The notes under the pieces were generated by a model. That model made no database searches, was not told where the DNA came from, and saw only the letters and a list, made by a program, of their open reading frames with translations. A stretch of DNA of 64,000 nt, taken from contig NOWV01000032.1 in the NCBI GenBank assembly GCA_003344405.1, positions 372,001 through 436,000 of the forward strand, read 5' to 3'. Each line of letters opens with the position of its first letter. Positions within the stretch are counted from its first letter, which is position 1. The DNA is from Trichoplax sp. H2. Its lineage: Eukaryota. Position numbers and translations under genes: made by a program. This document shows, piece after piece, positions 43,201 to 58,511 of the stretch.

Positions 43201-46200
43201 AACACTTGTAGCTTTATGAATATGGTCCTTTAATCTGATCGCGAAATGGTATAAATATCATTAACAAATATATCGGACAAAGCACTACTAAATAAAATCG
43301 TCTGTCTACACATTACACAGTCAATGAACGCTCGAATATATCCGATCTGACTTGGGAATAGGCTTCGACAAAACCTAAAAATAGGCACTACCTAAATAAA
43401 TGTTATCTATTATAATATACTAACGCTTAAAAGCTTTTGTTTGTACCTTCATTACTAGCGACCTCTGATAGCCAATTAGCGATAAGCCTCAATTTATCTA
43501 AAGCAGATTCTGATAAGTTGCAAGAAATGAATGTTTAGTTTGTTCAAGATTTCTATTGCTTATTTTTTACTTAATTCTAAATATGACAACTTCAAAGGCA
43601 AAGTGACGTTAGGTAATTACTAAGTCCTTACCACATATATGTTCAATTGCAAGTTCAGGCACCGCATCGATGCTGTTAGTTGATGTTAGAGAATTCAGTG
43701 ATCCATGCGAACTGAGGGATATTGCATCTGCGGGTGATCGTAAAGAAAATCGGTTATTTGATTTTACAGTTAACCAATGAATTTTAGAATGCGTAAATCA
43801 ATTTACCTAAGTCGTAATGACTATTTATTATCTCCTGCAATTTTGCAGGCGCTACTGGTTTACAATTATGCATCAATATGACACGAAATTCTCGATTAAG
43901 ATAATCAGCACCTTCAATAAATAATGATTTCTATAGAAAAATTTAATGAAAGAATAAACATGCTTCTTTATATTGAGATCAAGGAATTTATTCTATTGAC
44001 GTTCCAATCTAAATGTAGGAGAGTGTTATGCAGTAGTAGAAAATGCAGAAAATTTCTTATTTATTACTGTACATAATGGCATACACATTTTTCCAAATCG
44101 TGGCTTCCCGGTTTGCTTTTCATGAAAAATTCGACACATTTTCGTAACTTTTCCAAGCTTCTCAAGTAGCTATCTATGTTGTCGGATGGCCTATAGAAAG
44201 CCAATAATATTAGTTAATTTTAAATCATTGATTCACAGTATTAATAATTATATACGGTCATATACACAATTTCATATTAGGGTTACACTATCGTAATTTT
44301 CAACAGTAGTATAGAGCGGAGCAACATTTCCTTTTAGATCTAAGTAAGAAATTCCTCTTTAAATCGATAACTTTGGAGTACATAATTTTACCCCCTCTTA
44401 ACGTTATTTTCTTCTTCTTCTGGAATTTGATGTATACTGATAAGCTTATCAGTCATGGTTGACGCCTTTTCAATATCTTACTGCTGGTTAAGGTTGATCA
44501 ACACATACAAATCTAGTATTTCTCGTATATTTAGGTCATTAAAGTTACATACTTATGCCCTTCGTAAACATATTAACTGCATTAAAAGTTATATTCAAAC
44601 AAATGGTAATGATACTCTCCTGCAGTAAAGTAAGATGTTCTGTTTCTTGATGAACTGGTGTTATTGCTTCCTCAAGTTTATGAAGGCGGCTTTCCATCGA
44701 AGTAAGGATGGTTATCTACAATATACAGTATAGTATTGTTATTACAATGAATGTTGTATTATATTAAATTCTAAAATTATAAATACCATTCTGAGAAAAA
44801 TTCAGATATGTGTAATTATAGACAATCGAAAAGATGAGATAGTAGTAAACAGTATATATAAAATTGTTGCTATTCATATAAATACTAATTTAGATCCTTC
44901 GAATCCAAGATGTAACATTACATTAACAAATAAATCTAATAGAGGTCGATATTAGCAAAGGATAAGATATTTTCTATTTATGCTGCATTTACTAGCTACT
45001 AATAGTTTCTATATTTTATTTTTTAGTCTAATTTTTTCAATTGGTGTGATTTACTATATGAAAATTATTTCTGAAATGCCTCCAGTTTACTTCTTACAAA
45101 AAGATTTCATATCTTACCATTCCAAAAGTCAGTTGTTCACTTTTACTAAGACTTTCCTTTAAAAGCGATAATCCATCTTCTTCCTGTTCAATGGAATCAT
45201 GCAATAATACAATAATAATTACCCTTGCAGATGTATGCTGCCAGCGAATAAAATATAACAAGTAACACAAATATCATGGCAGCATTAAACTATACATTAC
45301 TGTATATTGCTATATGCAAGTTATCCTTTAGCTGTATTATTTTAAGTAATTAATTATTAATTCTTAATACAAAGTATTACCTTAAAATAACCTACATCAT
45401 ACCATTGATTTACAGTAATCTTACAAGCTAGGTGTATCTACTTGTATAATGATAACTAAAATATCGGAAAGAAGAAATCAATAATGGGGTACGGTAATAT
45501 AATGCCTAGTGATCTGATCAATTTGGAAATGGAAATGTTAAACTCCGATACAGTACACCAAAGGTAATTCAGATTCCCTAAAAATTAGGAAGTAGGAGTA
45601 TCCCTACAGTGGATCACCAGCCGATAACTGATTGTTGTAGCTTATGAATTATATAGTTAAAATTTTTAGTTTTGGCTAGCATAAATTGCATTACTATGAA
45701 TAACAATATTTCATTGCAGCCAGGATGGGACACCGTTAGCAATATCATTGTTACAGGCCTGATTACAGTACGATGTCAGGTGTAAATAATGTAATGATTA
45801 TACCATTAAAAACGCTCAGACTGAAAATCATATATCTGCATAATATATACCTATCACATTTTACTGTACCTTAACAGCAACATAAAACAAACATAAAATA
45901 TAGCATGGATGTATTCGTTTTATCTCATAATAATACTACAGTATGCTACAATGCATAACGCTGTAAATAAATGGTAGCAGTTGGTCTTCTAATGGAACTA
46001 TTCAAATCCTATGTGAAAAGGACAGTACCTTATTCATACATGCGATTTGATAAAGTAAAATGTGACAGTATATGATTTTCTTTTCTTAATACTGATTAAT
46101 TACAGGAGAGAATTGTCAAAGTATCTCATCATCAGATTTTAAAAATATTCCTTGACTGTCAAACGTCAAATTTGATCTCGATTTACAGTTAATGATTTTA

Positions 46201-46428
46201 TTGTACCTTGTGCACTGACTATAGTTATCTCTAATTTCAAAAGGATATTTACTGAGAGAATAAGCATTTTGTATAATACTATTTTACTCTAGTTAAATTT
46301 AAGATTTGTGGTATTCGTAGATAGCGTTGCTGTATCAGCTGGCGTAGCAATAGCTCTCGAAAGGGGATTTGCCTAACCTGTTTTAATTTAATCTCTAGAG
46401 CTATTTTCTGGATAGAAATATTCTCCAT
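40204..46428 (-). CDS. EXOC7: Exocyst complex component 7 (Exo70), >20 short exons
   Basis: ITILTSMESRLHKLEEAITPVHQETEHLTLLQE|NIEKA, CIAFVKLSQ, LPKDGTVHELTSN, FLLNNYHIIIKSL, ERQIIKDRFK|AFNTGFEEV..YSIPDEQLR..VVPLYEAF and FTKNRDKYVKYSV..FFDVSA*. Confidence 0.93.
44477..44615 (-). other. Candidate U12-type GT-AG intron in EXOC7
   Basis: 5' end GTATCATT, branch CCTTAAC at 44493-44487 about 11 nt from the AG, and no polypyrimidine tract. Confidence 0.6.
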
Positions 46429-46646
46429 CACAATGTTATGGATATTCCTGAATAAAGTTTAGAATGATAGCCAACGTTTAGTAGATACAAGAAATGCATC
46501 CGTATTCTATCGTTCGTCTAATGATCAGCTGCAGTACTGTACAGTATTGCCTAAAGTAAAAAGAAATGAATAAAAAGGACTATAAAGCAGGATTATGGCT
46601 ATACTGTATTGTGGGCACATCTGATCACGGTCTAGAACCAAACTGG

Positions 46647-46990
46647 GTACTGTACTGTACTATGCACTTTCGAAATACAGTACTGTACAGTACAGTATAT
46701 TAACTCGCCACACCCGAGAACCTGTAATTTACAGTACTGTACACAATACAGTATACAGTACAGTAGTACAGTAGTTGGCATACAGTACAGTACGAAACAA
46801 ACAGCGCACAATACATTATACTGTGGCTAACCGTACAGTACTGTACTGTACAGTACAGTACAGTACAACAATTAGCTGAGATCATTACAGTAGCAATACA
46901 GTACTGTACGTCTGAGTGAATGTACTGTACAGTACAGTACCGCTACAGTTAGGTATGGTAGACTAGATACAGTACTGTACAGTACTGTAC
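46647..46990. repeat. (GTACW)n array in the EXOC7/WBP11 divergent intergenic region
   Basis: gtactgtactgtac..gtacagtactgtactgtacagtacagtacagtac..tacagtactgtacagtactgtac. Confidence 0.88.
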
Positions 46991-47286
46991 AAACGCGGCA
47001 TTGATATTTCTCTTCTTCGTTAGCGCATTTCGATGCTCATCAGTTACTATAATTAATTAGATGTTAAGTTTTAAGTTCAATATTAATACGGCGCTTTCGT
47101 TTACTGAATAGCAGATCAAGATTGAGTAAAATTTATCACTGATACTCACGCTGCAGTTGAAGGGGCGTAATCTCGTAAGATTTCGTTAATTGTTAAATGT
47201 TCTGAACTCTAGCTGTTCCTTGAATGCATCTCTAGTAATTTCTTTAAATTAAGCAGCAGTAGTGAAAAATAGATCATACGAGTAAA

Positions 47287-50200
47287 ATGGGGCGACGATC
47301 AACATCAACTACTAAAGGCGGCCGTTACATGAATCCTACTGATCAAGCGCGTAAGATTTCTTTTGAGACTAGTCTTAAAATTAACATAAAATTGATACGA
47401 ATACGTTAATTAATTGAGGCACTTTGCTAGATTTTACTTGGTATTTCAAATTATGCTACAGTATAGTGAACGTTTAATTGTAATATAACAATAATATATC
47501 GTAATCATATACGCTCATATGATATATATTGGTTATTTGTTAAAATTTGAGGAAAATTTTCTGATAATTATGAGTAATTTTGTGAGCTTTCTCGCTTAAA
47601 ATCATATCTCACGCTTTTATTAGGTAAAGAAGCGAGAAAAAAAGAGTTAAAAAAGGTATAACAAGTAATAACAATAGCTAAATTGCACTTAAGAAAATTG
47701 TAGTGAGTTACCAAAGTAAGCAACACACGAATCATATTCATTTAATTTCTGCAAAGATTTAGCCACAGTGCAGTCTACTCATTAGCCAAGATTAAAAACA
47801 TGCATTTATGATCATACATTGTCACTGTCCTTTAAATTATTCTACGACTCTATAAGGCAATAATTATATTTTGAGAGGCGTAGAACTCGATGGTGATGAA
47901 ACTTACGCTGAATGTACGATCTACAGTACTGTACTGTACTATACATACATACTTTCATTACAGATACATGAATTTACCTATTTATCCTTAATATTGCAAT
48001 CTACACTGACGTTCGTAGAAATGCTAGTACATGCGCTTGTGCATTTCATATTCATACGTATGTTACTTACTTCCTACACCTTTTAAGGCGTTCCTTCTTA
48101 ATTATATGTACAGTACAAACCAGTTTTGCTGATCATAGTTTAAGTTAAGTATGATTCTGCGATAGCTAGCTGATGTAATTCTGCTTTACTAGAATAAGAA
48201 GCAACGAAAATTTGTGCGAGAAGCTGTATTGAGGAGTAGGAACCCTAAAAGTATACTTGAAGAAATTGAAAAACTGGAGCAACAAGGTTTGTACTTGCAA
48301 AATTGTAGTCATTTTCTGAACAACCCTGGTTTCTGCGTTTGTAAAGATTAAATAGGGTACCAGCTTGTGTGTGCAGATTTATTGGAAAGGTGCTCAATTA
48401 CATAGGACACGCATTGTGTATACTCACGAATTTAAGGATTCAGTATGCTGAACTTCGGTAGCATAGTATAGCTACTGAGTCGTTGTGTATAGGATTACTA
48501 TAAATACTGTGTGTAAATGACTAACTGATGTAGATAAAGCTGCATTCTACGATTAAAATTTATGAATTAATAGATAATTAAAATTGAGGTACGATGTTAA
48601 TTGCGATATCTTATATGAAAATCACCTTCGTTCAGTGCCAAATTATTTAAATGTATAGAGCAAATCCTTATCGTTAGTGCTTCTAATGCTATAGCAATCT
48701 TTTTACATTTTAATAGAATTAGAAGCTGGACTGACGGCTGCATCAAACGATAAACCATTAAAAGAGAAAAGGAGAAAATTGAAAGAGTGTTTTGATAAAA
48801 CTATAAAACTGTTCGTTAGTATCTTATCTCTATAATAATCAATAAATTATTAATAGCTAGTGACAGAAATATTAAAAACATAGCGAAAATAGCTATGACG
48901 ATAGCAAGTGCTAAAGATTTTCAGTAAAAATTTATAGCTTTTAGGTGGTGGCATATAGAGTATTATGTACATAATCCTTGCACTTGAAGAATGCTGTTTG
49001 CTAGCCAATGTATTGTACGATTTTAATTTTAACCTATGGACTGCCATCCTACAGGAAAAGGAAGACCCTGACCGATATAACGAGTACAAAAGGTAACGAG
49101 TTCATTATACTTGATTCTGTGAATTACTTTAGCGTTACTTAAGAAATTCATAGATATCGAAATTACAGTATATTGCTATCATACTCGAATACATTACAGG
49201 ATGGAACTAGAATATGAACAACGGCGAAAGAAAGTAATATATTGCTATGGTAAGCTGTGGAAGATTTTTTTAAAATTTGCGTAGCTCTTTTGATACTAAT
49301 ATGTAATATAATGATACTTCCTTACTTAAAAGAATCTAAGCGCAAAGCAATGGCTCTTCCTTTAGATGATATTCCACTTCCTGATACAGTAACCGGTAAA
49401 TTGAAGACTTAAATTTTTCTTACTCTTAAAATGCTACTAAGGAATGCCTGTCACGTATGATCTATCGCACTTAATTTCATAAATTATGCACATATATGTA
49501 AACATTTAGATAACGACGTGCTCTCTGATGATATTCCTTTACCAGAAGAAGAATATGAGCTGAGGTAACTATAGCAATAATTAAAGTACAGATCTATCTC
49601 ATTTTAATATTCAAATTCCTATTTGATTAGTGATGAACTAGCTACCGAAACGAATATCAAAGCTTCTAATGTAAGAAGTGCTGACGCTGAAGATCATGAT
49701 GACAGTAATGATGATGACGACGAGAGCTCTAGTAGCGATTCCAGTGATAGTACTAGCCCACTCGATGAAGATCTATCAAATAAGTATATGAGTAATATAT
49801 TTCATCTTGCTGAGCGATAATACGGTATCCCAATTAATATTGCTATGCAAGGCGTTTTGACGAATACTTTTTATGATACATGCAGAGTTTACGATGAAGT
49901 TCAAGGAGATCCATCCAGTAAGTTTCCACTGAGCTTTGATGATAAAACAAGCAAATTGAGCGATAATAACGCTGGGAGAATCCCAACAATTATTCCTGGT
50001 CCGCCATCACATTTCTTGGCGACGTTATCGCGGCCTCCATTCATGCCACAAATACCTCCAGGTCTCCCAAACCGCTTACCGCCTGGCCCTCCTCCTGGAC
50101 CTCCACCTACTAATATATTACGGCCTGGAATGCCTCCACCAATGGCCACTTTTATGAGAAATTCACAACCATCATTAACTTTACCAGAATCGGCAACTCC

Positions 50201-50522
50201 TCAACCATCTACTACTAGCAATACTGATAGATCCGATGATGCACCAATAGACCTCAGTTGTAAAAAGAATTCAACAAGTGCAACTATTAGTGCTAAGCCT
50301 CAGTTGCGTAGTAATACATCTGAAGTAAAAAAATTTGTTCCACTGTCACTACGCGTTCGTAGAGATCAGGCTATAAAGCAGCAAGCGATGAAACCAATAG
50401 TCCAAAGTAGTATTTCTACTATGCCTGTAGCTACCTTGAATCAGTCCTCAAAAAATTCCAATAAGTTTTCTACAGATGTAGCATATGCAGACTTTATGAA
50501 GGAAATTCAAGGCCTTTTGTAA
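47287..50522 (+). CDS. WBP11: WW domain-binding protein 11 (NPWBP/SIPP1) splicing factor, multi-exon
   Basis: MGRRSTSTTKGGRYMNPTDQA|RKEARKKELKK|NKKQRKFVREAVL, LDDIPLP, an acidic tract, Pro-rich RLPPGPPPGPPP, ATISAKPQLR..KFVPLSLRVRR and DVAYADFMKEIQGLL*. Confidence 0.95.
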
Positions 50523-52449
50523 ATACATTTTAGAATAAAGGCATCGTTGTTTTACCTAGCAGAGTGCAATGCATATTCTAGTGCTACTATTTTAATTTCG
50601 CTCTTCCGTCTAGAAGTTTTCGAAAAGTACGTTACCGTTGATAACTAACCAAGTAATTATGGTGTCAAGCTGCTATACGTTAATAACTATAATAAAAGAC
50701 GATTACTGAATATTTAGCTTATTTCAATACAAATATTGTGTTATGATATTGAATATATAGTAGCGGAGCATTACTGCTTGAATCGATTGCACCTTAATAG
50801 ACTAGAACTGATTTTTAGGAATAGAATTCATTCGTCTACAATTGCTAGTAACTTACAGGTAGCCGTTTGATTTATATAAGCATTTCGTAATGAATAATCC
50901 CCATTTCTTTCATGTAATGTGCAGCATATAAATATGTGGCTTAAAAGCTTTATAGGTAAATGTATTAATGTAATATTGACTATAATCAAAGACCGTCAGG
51001 CGACACGATAATTTTTGATACAGATCTCTCTCACTATTCTCACCAGGATTAATAAATAATGATAGATTAAATCGCCTCGCTCATACTTGATTTTAAATGT
51101 ATGAAATTAAGATCCAAGTTGTTAGAACAGCAATTAATGAACTGCTAAAATAATCTGCTTTAATTTGACAAAATTAAAATTTATTACGCCCCAACAGTCT
51201 TGCACCAATTCTCACTATGTGCCAGATCAAAGGATTATAAGAACCTTTGGCCGGAGCTATATGAAAGTAATATGTAACTCACTCATGTAGGAGTACAGTA
51301 GTTACATTGCAAGTACTTATCATTTAGATTGATAAGTTTTCAATTAAAGCCTGGAAGATACAGCAACTTCCATTATACAAGATCGACACTGAATCTATAA
51401 GCTACAAAACAAATTGCATGCACGTATGAGCGAGCAAGTATTATTTAGTATAATCTATAACATTACTTGAAGCTATTGTACTATTTTGTATCCAGCATAC
51501 AGCTGTAAGTTGGATACTTCATCCAAAGTATAATTTGGATAGCAATAAAGTGCTAATAAGATATCCTTTAGCTAAAACAATCAAGTAAACTGGATTTCAG
51601 ATCCTAATACAGTACAAGCCGAATATAGTTTATTTATTAAATATCATGGTATCTATTCGAACTTACACATCCAGCACTTACTAGTGCTGATTCAGATTAT
51701 TATAGTAATAGCGTAAGTAGACATCAAATATTTAATGATGGATTTAATATATATACGTAAGGCTAATGCATTTTACAAGATGACTCTTGAGTCATCTTAC
51801 GACTATTGTTCCAAGATATTTAGGAAATAAATAAGAAACATTAATTTATAGTAGCATTGCATAACTACTATATAGATCGTTTTCATTTCTAAAATTATTA
51901 TAACCACTTGCGCTATACAAGTGGCAGTCAGTAATTCAGTTATATTAATACAAAACCAATCAATAGATTTAGTTGAGCCAGCTCTAAAGAGTCATTCTAT
52001 ACCTTTACTCATGTCAGTTACTGCAGTTAATATTTATAAGCATTTTAAGGGATTACTTAAATGTCTTTGGTGAAGCAATATTAAGATCAAATTAATTAAA
52101 GTAAGCTATTGCGAGTAAAGGTATAACGCCATGATTGTCGTTCTTACTTTAGAACTTTTGTAATATGTAAAAATGTAATGATTTATATATATCTGCATTA
52201 AACAAACTATTAATCCTTCAGTTCGTTCGTATTAAATTAAAAAATAAAACGACTACATAGCCACTTAAAATGATGAAACTTAATTAATAGAATCAATCAG
52301 ATGATTTCGAAAATATCATGATTTCCGAGAAATATGAATATAATCACATATGTAATGTAATAAATATCGTATTCAAATAAGACGATAGTCTCAATGAAAC
52401 TTAACGTTAATTCAACTATTATACTAAACATTCATGATTAGTGGTACAC

Positions 52450-56414
<3,965 letters not shown>

Positions 56415-56904
56415 CTTTTTTTCCCCCTACTGTTGGAGCAAAATGCATAGACTGAATTAGTTTGTGACTATTAATAAGTTAGGCATTTACTATTTATAAA
56501 TGGAAGATAATCACGATTGTATTAACCGTAAGATACCTTTCGGCTATAATCAGTACCAATATGTACTTATCCCTAACGCACGTCTCTTTGATCACTTTTC
56601 AGCACCGTGAACGTTTAATTCAGTAGTAAGATATAAAAAGCACTATAACTACAATTCAACATTAAAAGTTCAGTACAAGTGTACAGTAGTCGTGAAATAG
56701 TGTTTAAGCCAATAATTACGGCGCTTTCTGAATGCTGCTTGTACTTCGATGATCAACCTTGCCGAGATAACGATACTTCGATACTAAGAGAAATTTACCA
56801 AAGTTAGGATATTGAAATAAGTTTACAAAACAATGATCTCGTAGTTAAAGATAATAATAATAATAATAAAAATAAAGATTGCCAAGTTTCTAATGCAAAA
56901 TATC

Positions 56905-56962
56905 GACGTCACTCGTTGCACATAGCAACAAGGTCATCAACAGTAAGCAAGCATGTGATTGG
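56905..56962 (-). promoter_or_regulatory. Candidate FOXJ1 promoter module: CRE-like site, RFX X-box and CCAAT box
   Basis: GACGTCA at 56905-56911, GTTGCACATAGCAAC at 56915-56929 and ATTGG at 56958-56962 (CAGCCAATCAC on the minus strand), about 0.5 kb upstream of the ATG. Confidence 0.55.
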
Positions 56963-57423
56963 CTGAAATTTTCGACAAAATATTATGCAGTTACAGCCTT
57001 GGTTGCTAAAAATAATAATAATATGTAATAATATGGGAGTTCACTTCATAGAGATAAAAGAAAAAGCTAGCTATAGTTCATTTGTTATCAAGAGTACTGT
57101 CAGGCCAGGGATTTCTAAGATCTTCTTCACAAAAGTATTCCCCCCTCCCTCAGTCACTTTGCATTGAAACGGTTAAATTAATTAATTATTAATTAACTGT
57201 AAATTAAAATACTCCTGAAACAGTCCTAGTGCGCAGTACCTTACACCTGTACGGTACTGTACAGTTAGTGTTATGAATATCTTTTACATTTTACTGTAAA
57301 AGACTATACTGTACAGTACAGTATACTGTACAGTATCACAAAAGTCTACATACGTACTGTACATACAGTATACAGTAGTACTGTACTGTACACCTACAGT
57401 ACTGTACAGTGTACAGTACTGTA

Positions 57424-57608
57424 TGTCTAAGATATTTCAGCCGATAAATTTTAACAAGCAAAATCAAGGAATCCCTTTATTCTGCACAAATTATACATCA
57501 ATCGGTAGAGAAAAAGCTAAATAACATCGATTGATGTATTATTTGTTCACTTTCCGAAATTTATTTGTTTTTGGATGTTAAAATTTATCGGCTGAAATAT
57601 CTTAGACA
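57424..57608. mobile_element. Putative MITE / non-autonomous DNA transposon remnant (185 bp)
   Basis: Perfect inverted repeat 57421-57456 (gtatgtctaagatatttcagccgataaattttaaca) versus 57576-57611, with a 119-bp spacer. With ends at 57424/57608 it is flanked by a direct TACTGTA (or TA). Confidence 0.55.
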
Positions 57609-57992
57609 TACTGTACTGTACTGTACTGTACACCTACAGTACTGTACTGTACTGTACACTGAGTACTGTACAGTACACAGACAAATACAGTACAGTACAG
57701 TACAGTACAGTATTTCGTGAAGGTTGTACTGTACTGTAATTATCGAAAGAAAAAGAATGATGTGGGACAAATTACAGCCTACTGTACTGTACAGTACTGC
57801 GCTTTACAGTATTAACTTATTTTAAGTTCTCACGAGCGAGTGCTACAGGTGTACACTGTACAGTACATCACTATTATTGCAAAAAAGTACGGTGTACAGT
57901 ACAGTACAGTACTGTACAGTGTACTAGTAGTACTGTACGCTCAGTGTACAGTACTGAGTGTACAGTACAGTACAGTACAGTACATGTGTCGA

Positions 57993-58190
57993 GAAAAATT
58001 TCTTTCCGTTATGTCGATCATTTAATACTGTACAGTACAGTACAGTAGTCCCTGTTTCATACAGTACAGTATGACACAGTATACTGTGCAGTAACAAAAA
58101 TTGCTTTCTGTTCATCTCGATCATTTAATACTGTACTGTACTGTACACTACTGTAGTCCCTGTTTCATACAGTATGACACAGTATACTGT
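57993..58190. repeat. Imperfect ~100-bp tandem duplication (about 57993-58088 and 58096-58190)
   Basis: Both copies share aaaaatt.ctttc.gtt..tcgatcatttaatactgtac...gtagtccctgtttcatacagta..tgacacagtatactgt. Confidence 0.85.
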
Positions 58191-58511
58191 ACGGTGTACT
58201 TTACAGTACTGCACATACCGTACTTAGCAATGATCCCCGTGATTTGATTTGGTCTTCTTTTAGAAAGCTGATAAGCAGATTTTCGAAGTAATCCGGGCAT
58301 GGTGATAATAAATTCGGCAAAATTTCACTTAAACTCAGGCGGAATCAGCTTGCAAGATTCGAGTCCTATCGTCTTAGCTTTTTAAACTGTTTAATTAATT
58401 AAGAACACATCAGCAAGTCAACAGTAACTCGGCCCAAAGCAATATCCGTGCTTTACTAAAGTATCAAAGTCGCACCAAGAGTTCAAGTTGCTGTACAGTA
58501 CAGTAGAGAAT

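Larger units (their letters stand above)
57235..58222. repeat. Largest (GTACW)n array complex, in the FOXJ1/MRTF divergent intergenic region
   Basis: About 1 kb of interspersed (gtaca)n/(gtact)n runs with embedded inverted and direct repeats. Confidence 0.9.

Noticed and set aside
49901..50149. Gly-rich minus-strand ORF and other antisense ORFs (5966-6172, 10859-11185, 52963-53653, 61363-61767)
   Set aside because: They are antisense shadows of real coding exons.
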